DNA of 64,000 bases, from sequence record LC473039.1. The stretch is one strand, 5' to 3'. Under the pieces are notes generated by a model, which made no database searches, was not told the DNA's origin, and saw only the letters and a program-made list of their open reading frames with translations. Below are positions 45,303 through 55,022 of the stretch, piece by piece (position 1 is the first letter of the stretch; each line of letters starts with the position of its first letter). Source of the DNA: Escherichia phage L27. The translations under genes and the position numbers were made by a program.

Positions 45303-45848
45303 TCAAAAGTGTCCTTTTACTTGTGGAACATAAATCTCAAAGGTTGCTTTACCATCATCTGAGGGTCTTGACTGCACCTTTGCAAATATACGGCTATCAT
45401 ACAACTTATCGAAGAAGTTTTCAAAAGGTAAATACACAGTGGCCTCTTCAGTAACTTTATGGAAAACTGTATGGAAAACTACACCAGCATACGGCAAAGC
45501 ATCGACAAGAACACCTGCACCACCAATTACAAAGACATCTTCATCAATAGAGCTATCAAGATATTTCAAAAATGCTCCAAAGGTTTCTTTACTAGCCTTA
45601 GCATACATTACATCGTCTTTGTCAAAGTCTATACCCAAATATGGAACAGAGTTCGTTAAGACGAGGTTTGTACGTTCTGGTAAAGGTTTACTGCCCAGAG
45701 TCTTAAAAGTCTCATTACCCATGACTACTAAGTTGTCTTTAGTGAGTCTCTTAAACTCTTGCATATCTTGCTTATGTCGAGGCCACGGCATACCAGTTGG
45801 AGTACCAAACTCCCCATTTTCACCACTTGCAAAGATTAATTTAATCAT
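45303..45848 (-). CDS. folA: dihydrofolate reductase
   Basis: 'LVVMGNETFKTLGSKPLPERTNLVLT' matches DHFR signature; adjacent to thyA. Confidence 0.8.
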   Translation of the reverse strand: MIKLIFASGENGEFGTPTGMPWPRHKQDMQEFKRLTKDNLVVMGNETFKTLGSKPLPERTNLVLTNSVPYLGIDFDKDDVMYAKASKETFGAFLKYLDSSIDEDVFVIGGAGVLVDALPYAGVVFHTVFHKVTEEATVYLPFENFFDKLYDSRIFAKVQSRPSDDGKATFEIYVPQVKGHF

Positions 45849-46105
45849 TTTGTAAACCCTTTCTTAATGAACCAGTTGATAACATTCTTCACAGATTTAT
45901 TGCTGTGGTAGATTAAGTGTGGTGTGGGTTGGTATAAACCATAAGCCCAGAAAGCAATGATTTCATTACACCCTGTACACCTTGTACTCTCTTCAGCAAT
46001 ATGACCGTTGACTATTTCACTTACCTCACCTTGTAAGTCTGTACACCCGCAATGTGGACATCGGATAGGTGTTCCATCAGACTCATAGCAGTGTTCAATT
46101 TTCAT
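45845..46105 (-). CDS. hypothetical Zn-ribbon protein (86 aa)
   Basis: CPHCGC...CTGC paired Cys motifs. Confidence 0.5.
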   Translation of the reverse strand: MKIEHCYESDGTPIRCPHCGCTDLQGEVSEIVNGHIAEESTRCTGCNEIIAFWAYGLYQPTPHLIYHSNKSVKNVINWFIKKGFTK

Positions 46106-46621
46106 TTATTTAACCTCAAAAACTGGCTCAAGAACCAATATAAAGTCTACACAGTCATCCTCTTCATCCAGAATACCATCAAAGTTCTTAGGAACGAAGT
46201 CGAAGAGGCTCATAACAAAACAGTCAGAAGTGACCTTGATAGTTCCTCCCATGTTCTCTACAGTTAACACTGTACGACTTTCTTTTACCTCCCTCAGAAG
46301 ATTACCCACAAAGTCATCTAAGAAGTACTTCATCAGTGACTTAAAACCTTTAGGGTAATCTGTACCAGAGTATGTTTCAATCTGAGGCACAAGCTTAACA
46401 TTTATACTAGTCTTTGTTAAGAACGTTTTAGAGAACATACTATCAGGTAGCTTACAAACAGTCTTTCCAGTACCTTCATGTTCAATCTCAACAAAACCAG
46501 CTTCATCGCCACATGTAACTATTTTAAAAGATGCTTCATTAACATACTGTGAAGCCATAAACTTCTTAAGCATCTCTTTAAGGAAATCTGCATGAGCATC
46601 TTGTAAGTAGATATCAATCAT
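46106..46621 (-). CDS. hypothetical protein (171 aa)
   Basis: ORF. Confidence 0.55.
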   Translation of the reverse strand: MIDIYLQDAHADFLKEMLKKFMASQYVNEASFKIVTCGDEAGFVEIEHEGTGKTVCKLPDSMFSKTFLTKTSINVKLVPQIETYSGTDYPKGFKSLMKYFLDDFVGNLLREVKESRTVLTVENMGGTIKVTSDCFVMSLFDFVPKNFDGILDEEDDCVDFILVLEPVFEVK

Positions 46622-46634
46622 AGTTAATCACCTA

Positions 46635-46994
46635 TTATGGGAACAGACATTTGATGTCATCGTTTTTGAAAACAAAACTTGTGTAGTTGTGACCATCAAC
46701 ATCCAACCAAACAGCCTGAACATCTACACCATCAAGATTCTGGTAAAGCTCTTTGATGAAGTGGTCTTTTACAATCTGACTGCTAGTGGTTTCCAGCTTA
46801 ATGTTCGAGATTGCTGAGCCTACAGCCATATAGCCCATGACACGTTTCTTCTCAGTATGCTTAATCTTACCATCTTTGTAAGCCATAATGAGATTGGAGA
46901 GAATCTTTACACCATAATACTTTTCAAGGTGAGTAGGGACACCATAAAAGCCTAATGCGAAGTTTTCAGAGTGGATAATGTTTTCACGTTTCAT
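46635..46994 (-). CDS. hypothetical protein (119 aa)
   Basis: ORF. Confidence 0.5.
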   Translation of the reverse strand: MKRENIIHSENFALGFYGVPTHLEKYYGVKILSNLIMAYKDGKIKHTEKKRVMGYMAVGSAISNIKLETTSSQIVKDHFIKELYQNLDGVDVQAVWLDVDGHNYTSFVFKNDDIKCLFP

Positions 46995-46995
46995 A

Positions 46996-47325
46996 TTAAT
47001 CTGCCAACCTTAAATTGAAATTAACACCAAATTTTTCACATACTTCCAACATATACTCAAGGGAAACATTCCCGGTGAGGTGGATTATGTTGGATACACG
47101 AGCCTGAGAGATACCACAAATTTTAGCAACTTGCTCTTGAGAAAGACCTCTGGATTTAATCTCTCTCTTAAAACGATGTGCAACGAAGTCTCTCATTTCG
47201 TCTACATCCATTGGACAAATATAACTCTCCATTTCAGCCTCTCTATCAGCCTCCCAATCATCTTGTGGGGCATAAGGGTCAAAAACCTCATTCATCTTTC
47301 TTCTTCCGTTTGCGTGAAGTGTCAA
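46996..47325 (-). CDS. putative HTH DNA-binding protein (109 aa)
   Basis: 'EQVAKICGISQARVSNIIH' helix-turn-helix-like segment. Confidence 0.5.
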   Translation of the reverse strand: MTLHANGRRKMNEVFDPYAPQDDWEADREAEMESYICPMDVDEMRDFVAHRFKREIKSRGLSQEQVAKICGISQARVSNIIHLTGNVSLEYMLEVCEKFGVNFNLRLAD

Positions 47326-47500
47326 TCAGTGAATCTATGTTTGTAGCCCTAACCTTTTCACGTTCATCGTTAAGATAATCATCAAGAGCCTTTTCAATCT
47401 GTGAATCATCTTGACAGATAACTGTAAAGACTGTAAAGCCGTCTGTATCGTCAATTATCTTACCATAACCGCTTCTGGGATGTAACTTTTTAAGAGCCAT
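47288..47500 (-). CDS. hypothetical protein (70 aa)
   Basis: ORF. Confidence 0.4.
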   Translation of the reverse strand: MALKKLHPRSGYGKIIDDTDGFTVFTVICQDDSQIEKALDDYLNDEREKVRATNIDSLIDTSRKRKKKDE

Positions 47501-47501
47501 A

Positions 47502-47885
47502 TCAAATACCTGTGCAGCTTCTGTTTTCTAAGAAATATTCAACACCGTACATAGCTTTTTGCATCAAATCTTCTTTAAACTGGATACGATGGTTAAGCAT
47601 AGCCTGTACATCAATATCATCATGGTGCTTCTCTTTAATATTTGCAGATTGCAGGAAATACTCTGCAAGAACGCGATATTGATAGTCAGTCACCTTATCA
47701 GTCATCTCTGTCAAAGACTCTTCAGAGATTGGTTTAAGTAACTCACCATTAGCCAGAGCAACACCTTTAACAATCTGGCAAGTGTCTTCTGGAACACCTG
47801 ATAAGTCCACATTTGGAAGTTCTGTTGCATTGACTGGTAAATTCATTGCCATAACCATTGCAGCAGCTAATAAAATCTTTTTCAT
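47502..47885 (-). CDS. hypothetical secreted/periplasmic protein (127 aa)
   Basis: N-terminal signal-peptide-like segment MKKILLAAAMVMAMNLPVNA. Confidence 0.55.
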   Translation of the reverse strand: MKKILLAAAMVMAMNLPVNATELPNVDLSGVPEDTCQIVKGVALANGELLKPISEESLTEMTDKVTDYQYRVLAEYFLQSANIKEKHHDDIDVQAMLNHRIQFKEDLMQKAMYGVEYFLENRSCTGI

Positions 47886-48004
47886 AATGACCTCAAAGTT
47901 ATATTAAATTTTGTATTACGTTGAGTATAAAAATAAGCTATAACACCTGAATTGTCAACAGATTTTATAGCTTATTTGGCAGATTTTTTATAAGGCTACT
48001 GCCA

Positions 48005-48075
48005 TCCTTCCATACCAAACCACACCACACCAAACCCTGCCAAACCAGAGCCTACTAGACCATACCAAACCAAAC
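48005..48075. repeat. low-complexity C/A-rich tract (CCAAACC-type repeats)
   Basis: 'ccataccaaaccacaccacaccaaaccctgccaaaccagagcc...ccataccaaaccaaac' in a 440-bp intergenic gap. Confidence 0.6.
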
Positions 48076-48168
48076 ATCACTTAAAAACCCTTTTAAAAGA
48101 CTCTTAAGTGATGCTGGTGAGTACCCGTTGGTTTATGCTGCTCAGTATACTCACCAAATTTTCTATGT

Positions 48169-48324
48169 CAACAACTTTTATATAAAAGCCCTGATAACTA
48201 AATGTGTTACAAAACAGAAGATTGTGAACAAGAAACCCATTGCAAAGGGTGTGTTCAAAAGCTTACTTGTGATGTAAGACAATACAAAGACGACTAATAC
48301 AAATAGGATGATTGTGCTTAACAT
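48169..48324 (-). CDS. possible small hydrophobic protein (51 aa)
   Basis: ATG 3 nt after ligase stop; highly hydrophobic; below track threshold; no clear RBS. Confidence 0.3.
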
Positions 48325-48327
48325 AGT

Positions 48328-49428
48328 TTACTCATAATCCCTAATAACTAGCCCAACAGGGAACTGTAAAGACCCTTTACGAGTCATCTTCTGGAACTGA
48401 ACCGTTAAAGGTTTCCCGATAAACTCTTCAGGATGCTCAGCAAGATACTGTTTCTTCTCATGAGTAGTCTTCCATGAGACATCTACAAAGACATTAGGAA
48501 GAGTCTCTACAACGAACTTGCCATGACCACGTTTATCGGTCTTTACACCAGTCACTTTAAACTCTTCAGTGTGCATCTTCTTGTGCTTAATCAAGAAGTA
48601 TGAACGGTGACAACACTCGTAGAAAGATTCTTCAGAGATTGAGCGGTACATTGCACCTTCAAACTTAGCTTCAACCCACTTATCATGAGCTTCATCAAAC
48701 TCTTCCCAAGAGTTAACACGACGAGACTTGACAGGAACAACTTTACATCCGTCTCTAAAGTCATTCAATGGTGAAGTCTCAATAATATCTCTACGCTCAG
48801 GCCACGTCTTAGTGCTGTCACAGATATCGTACCAGTAGAACTGGAGTAGATGTCGGTCTGGATTGTCAGCATTCTTAATCATAGATACAATATCTTCTAA
48901 GTCCCAACCATGAGCATAAATCTCTCCATCAAAGTCTTCAACTTGTGGATGTAATTTAAGCAACAAAAGTAAGTCTGGGATTAGTTCTGCTGGAACGTTG
49001 TAAACAGTATTCTCACGAGAATAAGCTGTGAAACTGACTGAATCAGCATCTCTTGAAATTCTACAACGTACACCATCAAGTTTTGGTTGAGCATCAGCAG
49101 GGAATATCAAATACTTTGCATGACTAACCTTTGCAGCATCATGAGCAAGCTGTACACCTACCTTCTCAGTATTCTGTGCAGACTCTTTCGTGTAAGCATA
49201 GCCTTTACGGTCAACTTGCTTCTTGTACTTAGCAGCAACTTCAAAGAGAGCTTGCTGTTCAGCATTACGCTCATTCTTTTTGCCGATGTTTTTAGGTTCT
49301 GCTGTATACTCTTCAAACATCATCTTGCCATTTTCTTTACCATAGGTTGTAATAACTTTGTCACCTACAGCAGTACATGACCAGACGTTAAAAGAGCCAT
49401 CTTTATTTTGTTTGTATAGAATTGTCAT
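48328..49428 (-). CDS. ATP-dependent DNA ligase
   Basis: adenylation motif I 'PKLDGVRC' (KxDG). Confidence 0.85.
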   Translation of the reverse strand: MTILYKQNKDGSFNVWSCTAVGDKVITTYGKENGKMMFEEYTAEPKNIGKKNERNAEQQALFEVAAKYKKQVDRKGYAYTKESAQNTEKVGVQLAHDAAKVSHAKYLIFPADAQPKLDGVRCRISRDADSVSFTAYSRENTVYNVPAELIPDLLLLLKLHPQVEDFDGEIYAHGWDLEDIVSMIKNADNPDRHLLQFYWYDICDSTKTWPERRDIIETSPLNDFRDGCKVVPVKSRRVNSWEEFDEAHDKWVEAKFEGAMYRSISEESFYECCHRSYFLIKHKKMHTEEFKVTGVKTDKRGHGKFVVETLPNVFVDVSWKTTHEKKQYLAEHPEEFIGKPLTVQFQKMTRKGSLQFPVGLVIRDYE

Positions 49429-49507
49429 TTATTTCTAGCCTCACAAGCTATGCAGCCTTTTGAATAGAATGAGTGCCAAGCGCACCCACCAAAATCTTCT
49501 TCAATGA

Positions 49508-49756
49508 TTAAATTGAATTTATTGCTTTCATGTATCTTTCGTAATAGTCTAAACATTTTTTATCCATATCAGCTATATACTGTTCATAGTCATCCTCTAT
49601 CCGTGGTTTCACAAAGGATGCTTTTGCCTTGTAATAGTACTCCACGTATGAGTAATTATTCATCCAAGATTTGAATAATAATATATTTTCAGGACGCCTC
49701 GGAGGAATCTTCAAACTGTTTTCATATAGGGTTTTCATCTCTTTAGTTATCTTCAT
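49508..49756 (-). CDS. hypothetical protein (82 aa)
   Basis: ORF. Confidence 0.45.
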   Translation of the reverse strand: MKITKEMKTLYENSLKIPPRRPENILLFKSWMNNYSYVEYYYKAKASFVKPRIEDDYEQYIADMDKKCLDYYERYMKAINSI

Positions 49757-49959
49757 TTTCTCTTACCACCAATCTCTACGTCAATAACTTGAACATCGCC
49801 AGCAACATCAAACTTATGAATGATGCTTTCCACAGTGTAAGTCCAACCATCAATGCGAACCAACTCACCTTCTCGTGGGACGATTGGATTACGTTGAGCT
49901 ATGGTTGTAGTGGAGTGAACAACATCATAACGATAGATATAGTTTACTAATACTTCCAT
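49753..49959 (-). CDS. hypothetical protein (68 aa)
   Basis: ATG at 49959 with GAGG RBS; longer track ORF would overlap the upstream gene. Confidence 0.45.
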   Translation of the reverse strand: MEVLVNYIYRYDVVHSTTTIAQRNPIVPREGELVRIDGWTYTVESIIHKFDVAGDVQVIDVEIGGKRK

Positions 49960-49969
49960 CGTGAAAACC

Positions 49970-50227
49970 TCACTCAATAACCGTGGTATGTGATTGACCA
50001 TTTTTGCCATAGCTATAAGATGTTGTTGTTTGAGAGTTGGGGCATCTGACAACAACAATATCCCTGCTTATAGCGTCACCATTGAGTTTGTAGATTTTGC
50101 AGTCTTGCATCTCTGGAGGGAGGCTGTAAGAAGCATCTTTGTTTTCATAAGAAGGGTTGCAGCCAGCCAGAAAAATTACTCCAAGTGCAACCATTGCTTT
50201 CACACAACTCTTAACCTTATTGTTCAC
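49970..50227 (-). CDS. putative lipoprotein (85 aa)
   Basis: signal peptide with lipobox-like LAGC; GTG start with GAGAGG RBS. Confidence 0.55.
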   Translation of the reverse strand: MNNKVKSCVKAMVALGVIFLAGCNPSYENKDASYSLPPEMQDCKIYKLNGDAISRDIVVVRCPNSQTTTSYSYGKNGQSHTTVIE

Positions 50228-50359
50228 GATAGTCTACCTCTCTGTATGTTTTTAAATAGTGAGTGATGAGTTCTGGTAATTCACTACGTTTAACGTTTGA
50301 ACGAAGAAGTGTCCAGTCAAAACCTTTACCAACCCTTCCCCAGAGACTGTACATTTTCT

Positions 50360-50593
50360 TCATAGCAACTCCAGAATATCAATACGTTCACCCTTAAGGA
50401 CTCCGGTGCGGTCTCTTGCAATCTTACCGTCAACGATAAGGATATGCGCGACCTTTAAAGCCTCACGATTAAAACCTTTTAAGAACTTACTAGGCATCAC
50501 CACAATAAGCATCTCTTGAATCAACTCTGGAGTATAGCAATTGTCGTGAAGTTGCTGAATAACGTCTGCAAGTGTCATTTTTGATGTCTCCAA
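50360..50593 (-). CDS. hypothetical protein (77 aa)
   Basis: ORF. Confidence 0.45.
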   Translation of the reverse strand: METSKMTLADVIQQLHDNCYTPELIQEMLIVVMPSKFLKGFNREALKVAHILIVDGKIARDRTGVLKGERIDILELL

Positions 50594-50784
50594 TACTCAA
50601 TATCAATAAGTTCTTGTGCAATGCTTTTCAGATTACCTTTCAAGAAAACCTTCTCAGAACCTGAAAGAGATGAATTATCGATTAGCCTGTTCATTCTCTC
50701 AAACAACTTCTGCTTACGGTTCTTGATAGTTTCCTTTGAAGCACCTTTCATCATCGCTGCATGGGTTCTTCCACGGTGGCTCAT
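50575..50784 (-). CDS. hypothetical basic protein (69 aa)
   Basis: ORF. Confidence 0.4.
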   Translation of the reverse strand: MSHRGRTHAAMMKGASKETIKNRKQKLFERMNRLIDNSSLSGSEKVFLKGNLKSIAQELIDIEYWRHQK

Positions 50785-50835
50785 AAGTCCTCCTATACAA
50801 GATATAGTATAAGGTACTCTTCCCTGAGCACCTTG

Positions 50836-51369
50836 TCAACTTAGTTTTGCAAACTCTCCGTGGAGTTTAATAGCAGCTTCACAGTAAGCTTTATGGGCTT
50901 CTTCAGGTGTGTCATGGTGACCTAAAAACATCTTCTTACCTTTATAACTTATCTGTGCGACCCACTTACCAGACTTCTTCTTAAGACTTACACCCTTGTA
51001 CCCAGATTTATTGGTGACTGGTTTACCTTTATTCCAAGCACTTTGAAAATCATCTGCTTCCCTTAAGTTTACAATCCTGTTGTCAAGTGAGTCTCCGTTG
51101 ATATGGTCAATGATACCTTTTGGCATCTTGCCATACACGTAAAGCCATGCGAGTCTGTGTGCTTTATGTGCTTTCTTGTCAAAATAGATACTAATCTGTT
51201 TATGACCACTTGAATCAGTCTGGATATTACCTGCCACCTTTCCTGCATAATTACTGTTAAAAACACTAACAGCTCTTGATTTACCTTCTCTACGAAGCCA
51301 AGTAAAGACCCCTGTTTCGGGGTCATAGTGCAGCAGCTCCTTTAAACGTTTTTGTAAAATTAAATCCAT
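50836..51369 (-). CDS. HNH homing endonuclease with AP2-like DNA-binding domain
   Basis: 'IDHINGDSLDNRIVNL' HNH_3-type motif and 'YKGVS...KWVAQISYKGKKMFLGHH' AP2-like region; immediately downstream of intron-containing polymerase gene. Confidence 0.75.
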   Translation of the reverse strand: MDLILQKRLKELLHYDPETGVFTWLRREGKSRAVSVFNSNYAGKVAGNIQTDSSGHKQISIYFDKKAHKAHRLAWLYVYGKMPKGIIDHINGDSLDNRIVNLREADDFQSAWNKGKPVTNKSGYKGVSLKKKSGKWVAQISYKGKKMFLGHHDTPEEAHKAYCEAAIKLHGEFAKLS

Positions 51370-51372
51370 TAA

Positions 51373-51929
51373 TCAATGTACCTCATACCAGCTCTTACCA
51401 ACCTTTGCTGTACCAGTTACAAGTGTTTCTTTCCTCAAACCTAAGTTTTTTGAAGCTTGTCCATACATCCAGTCAGCAATTGCTTTCATATCCTGTGTCA
51501 TACCCTCTGGACATTCCCAACTATTTTCATCGTGATATGCCAGAAGTAACCTTGCTCCGATAGCTGGTTTTCGAGCATTCAGTTTTGTCAGGCCATCTTC
51601 ACAGGCTTTTCTTGCTGCTAGGTTGATGGCCTCATTCTGAATCTGTGCTTCCGAACTCATCAGGAGGTAGTTCAGTAGTTTATGTGGAGATTTGCACCAT
51701 ATCCATGCTCCAGCGACCCTGATATAACCACCTTTAGCAATTGAAGAATTCTTCCCAAAAACCTCTTCCAGAGCCTTTTTAGACGCCTTAAAATCGGCTT
51801 CTAAGCTATCAAGTAACTTCTTAATCTTTGGAAGACGCATATAGTAAGTTTGTTTAGTCAATGCACCTTCTTCCGTAGATGATGCTTTGATAGTTTTTGC
51901 AAACTTCTCGTCACCTGCACCGAACAATA
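51373..51929 (-). CDS. DNA polymerase (family A, T7-like), exon 2
   Basis: contains motif B continuation 'FGAGDEK' and motif C 'YHDENSWECPEG'; joins in frame to exon 1 after removal of intron. Confidence 0.8.
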
Positions 51930-52197
51930 CATCTGGTCAATACACTCGCAAGGTGTACCAGTTCTCTTATGAACTTCTCCGCATTTCTACGGAGTGTCGG
52001 ACTATATCACGTAGTAGTAATACTACCGTTGCACTTGGGAATGGTCATTAGCTTACCACCCTACTCTACTCAGTTCATACATTAAGTACGCTTTTCGATA
52101 GTCTCTGAACGTTCCTCTTAAGAGGCTTCGCTGCTGATTACCATATCTTTACAGACTTAGGCTTCCAGCAATTCACAACGTTTTACATGCGCCACTG
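51930..52197 (-). mobile_element. group I intron (268 nt, ORF-less) in DNA polymerase gene
   Basis: conserved P (tgctggaagc), Q (aatcagcag), R (gttcagagactatc), S (gatatagtcc) elements in correct order; P1 with U.G at 5' splice site; terminal G before exon 2. Confidence 0.8.
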
Positions 52198-54340
52198 ACG
52201 CATAGATACCATTCTTAGCCTTCTTACGACCTTTTGTAATCTCGTGAAGAAGTTCCTCATCCTGTGTCTCCCTACAACGAACAATATCTTCTTCCTTGTT
52301 CAGACCAAAGTAAATACTGTTCAGTGTATGTGCATCAGTCCCTGTGTAGACTTCATAGAGGTCGTTCTCAGCATCATAACGAAGATACTTGTCAGTTTCT
52401 GGATTAAGATACTTATCGAGATGCTTGCAATAGTATCTGCCATCCTCTTGCTTAGTGAACTCTACTGACTCTTTACCCTCAGTTACTGCTTTGGTGAAGT
52501 CTTCATCACCCATAAAGTTACAAAGAAGAACAAGCTGTGCAGAGTTCTGGTCAACTGAAACGATGTTAGTCCCCTCCTCACAAATCCACACCTCCCTCAT
52601 AGGTGCTCCATAGACAGCAGCACCAGACGGTACGTTTACAATACCATACTGTGTCATACGTCCAGTTGAAGTACCGAACACCATCGCACCAGCACTAAGG
52701 CGACCATCAGGACGAATCTGGTTCAACCAACCTTTTTCATCATCCTTTGAGTTCTCAATAGTTCTGCGTCGGTGCATCAAAGTGTAGTACTTAGCAATCT
52801 TCTGTCCAAGCTCACCTTCAATCGTATCATAAGATGATTCAGTAAGTTTTGGTGAAGTACGGATTAAGCAAGGCTCAAGCAAATCTGTGTACTTCTTCAC
52901 AGACCAGTTATGCTCAATGTACTGTACACCTTCATGTTCAACATAACTCAAACCACACCGCTCAACCATTTCCTGCCACTTAGGATGCTTTGTAATCATC
53001 TTTTTATTGTCTTTGAAACGACAAACTTTGACAGGGCGACCATCTGAGTCTTTCTTGTAGTTCCAGTCATCTGGAATCCAACCAACTGATTTCAAGTAGT
53101 CTTTAACAACTGCTACCTGAGTCATACGAGAAACTTCGAACTCAATTGGTGTATATGGTGCATCAATCAAACCTGTGTAGCGACTTGACTCAAGTTCAAA
53201 GTGGTTAACAACGTGACTGTTATAGTACTTCACAGTTTTGACTGTTTTTACTGGTTTCCAGTCTTTGCATTTCTTACCAATCTTTGCGTTCAACTCATTG
53301 CAAATTGCACGAGCATCCTTCATTGCTACAAAACCCTCCTTGTACTCTTCACCAGTTACAGAGTTGGTTGGCGTATAGCAATTTCTCTTTTCAATGTTAA
53401 AAATCTTTGTAGTTGGCTTACCAAATGGCTTGATTTCGTATGTCTGCATCTCACCGTTACGCACCTGCTGACGATACTTTGTCTTAGGATACTTGGTAAT
53501 TCTCTTCAGTCCATCTACATGACCAAATGTTTCAACATACTCATTCCAAGCTTTTGCAAACTCTTCTCCAGTAACTTTACCTTTGGTCTTAATAGTTGGA
53601 GGTAGATGTGGTTCAACCTCTGAAGCAAGCTCATTAGTCAACTTGTCAAGTTCCTTCACATGGAACTCCATAAGCTCCTTATCAGCTTTCCAACCATTAA
53701 TAGCTTGTTGACTCATCCAGAAAGATGTTTCTTTAGCTCGCATGTAGGTTTCATAAGTGTCTATGCCACACTTCTTAAGCTTGAGATACTCATTATCAAG
53801 TGCCCGTTTAGTTTTGGCGTTAATACGGATATCTTCTACAACACGAGTGAAGATTTCTGCATTCCACACACCCCAATACTCAATCTCTGGCTTACGAACA
53901 CCAACACGAGCACCCCATGCAGCCAAACCATGAGCACCTTTATAACCTTTTGGAGTTGGTCTATCCATCCACTGAACACGAGACTGGATAAGAGAATCCT
54001 GAAAGAAATTACTCCACGGTTTACACTTTGGATTATCAAAGTTCCATAAATCCGGTGCAATGTGATTGAAAACCCACCAGTCATAACCGAGACCGTTATG
54101 GATGCAAAGACGTTTTGCCTTTAACGCAAACTCAACACCTTCACGCAAACCCCCCTTAATGTACTTGGTATACTTGTGACCGAGGATAGGCTCATCTGTA
54201 AAGACCCATACAGGTGGCTCTTCATCGTCAGATTTATAGTCTGCGAAAGCCATTACGTGCACTTTAGTGAACTCAAGGAGTAAACCATCAGTTTCTGTAT
54301 CACCAACCAAATGTAAGTTTTTAAAATCTACGTTTTCCAT
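52198..54340 (-). CDS. DNA polymerase (family A, T7-like), exon 1
   Basis: 3'-5' exo motif 'DTETDGL', T7 gene 5-like segments, motif B start 'KKAKNGIYA'; track ORF continues 13 codons into the intron to an in-frame stop. Confidence 0.8.
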
Positions 54341-54402
54341 TTTTTACTCCCTCTAAAACCATTAACCTCATACATTACTGCAAAAAATTATAAAAAGCAA
54401 GT

Positions 54403-54433
54403 TGACAATGTACTTGACAAGGTGTTAATCTTT
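54403..54433 (+). promoter_or_regulatory. divergent-region promoter motif with tandem TTGACA
   Basis: 'gttgacaatgtacttgacaaggtgttaatc' resembles 12459-12490. Confidence 0.4.
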
Positions 54434-54598
54434 GCGAAGTGGGTTTTTACTTAAAAGGTTACTTAACAGTTTAACTATACAGATACTTTAAAACTCTTAA
54501 AAGATTATTTAATAGCTTTTAAAAAGCTTTAAAGTATAACGTATAGAATACGTTAAGATAAAAGATTAAAACTTAATAGTTACTTAAAAGAGGCTTAC

Positions 54599-55021
54599 AT
54601 GCAGAAAATGTTTGTTCACCCAGACATAGCTGACTTTGTTAGAGCTTTGCAGAAGTTGGAAGAACTTGACATTGCTGCTCAACGGGAATATGCTCACCAT
54701 CACAGGAGAATGGTTGATATACAACATGAAATAGAGTTGTCTGAAAACTATGAAGATGACTTAAAATGCTCTGTATTTGAGCATATGAAAGATGTTGCTA
54801 CAGCTAGACGTAAAGCCAAAGACACAGTTGCTTTACTAGATTCTCTTAAAAAGAGGTTGCAAAGTGGTACAGACCTGTGTAATCTAGCGTCACTGATTAA
54901 CGATGTTGAAACTTCTTGGGATAGGCACTATTATCCACGTTCTGAAAAGACACTTGACTTTTCTTCATCAGAAAACTTAAAATGTTCTAGAAAGAAACTT
55001 AACCAACTGAGAGAGAAATAA
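54599..55021 (+). CDS. hypothetical protein (140 aa)
   Basis: ORF. Confidence 0.55.
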   Translation: MQKMFVHPDIADFVRALQKLEELDIAAQREYAHHHRRMVDIQHEIELSENYEDDLKCSVFEHMKDVATARRKAKDTVALLDSLKKRLQSGTDLCNLASLINDVETSWDRHYYPRSEKTLDFSSSENLKCSRKKLNQLREK

Positions 55022-55022
55022 T

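Noticed and set aside
52157-52197. Taking the track polymerase ORF end (stop at 52157) as the true C-terminus, or reading the break as an intein or pseudogene
   Set aside because: The last 13 codons lie inside a sequence with group I intron P/Q/R/S elements, an in-frame stop rules out an intein, and splicing restores a complete motif B to motif C polymerase.
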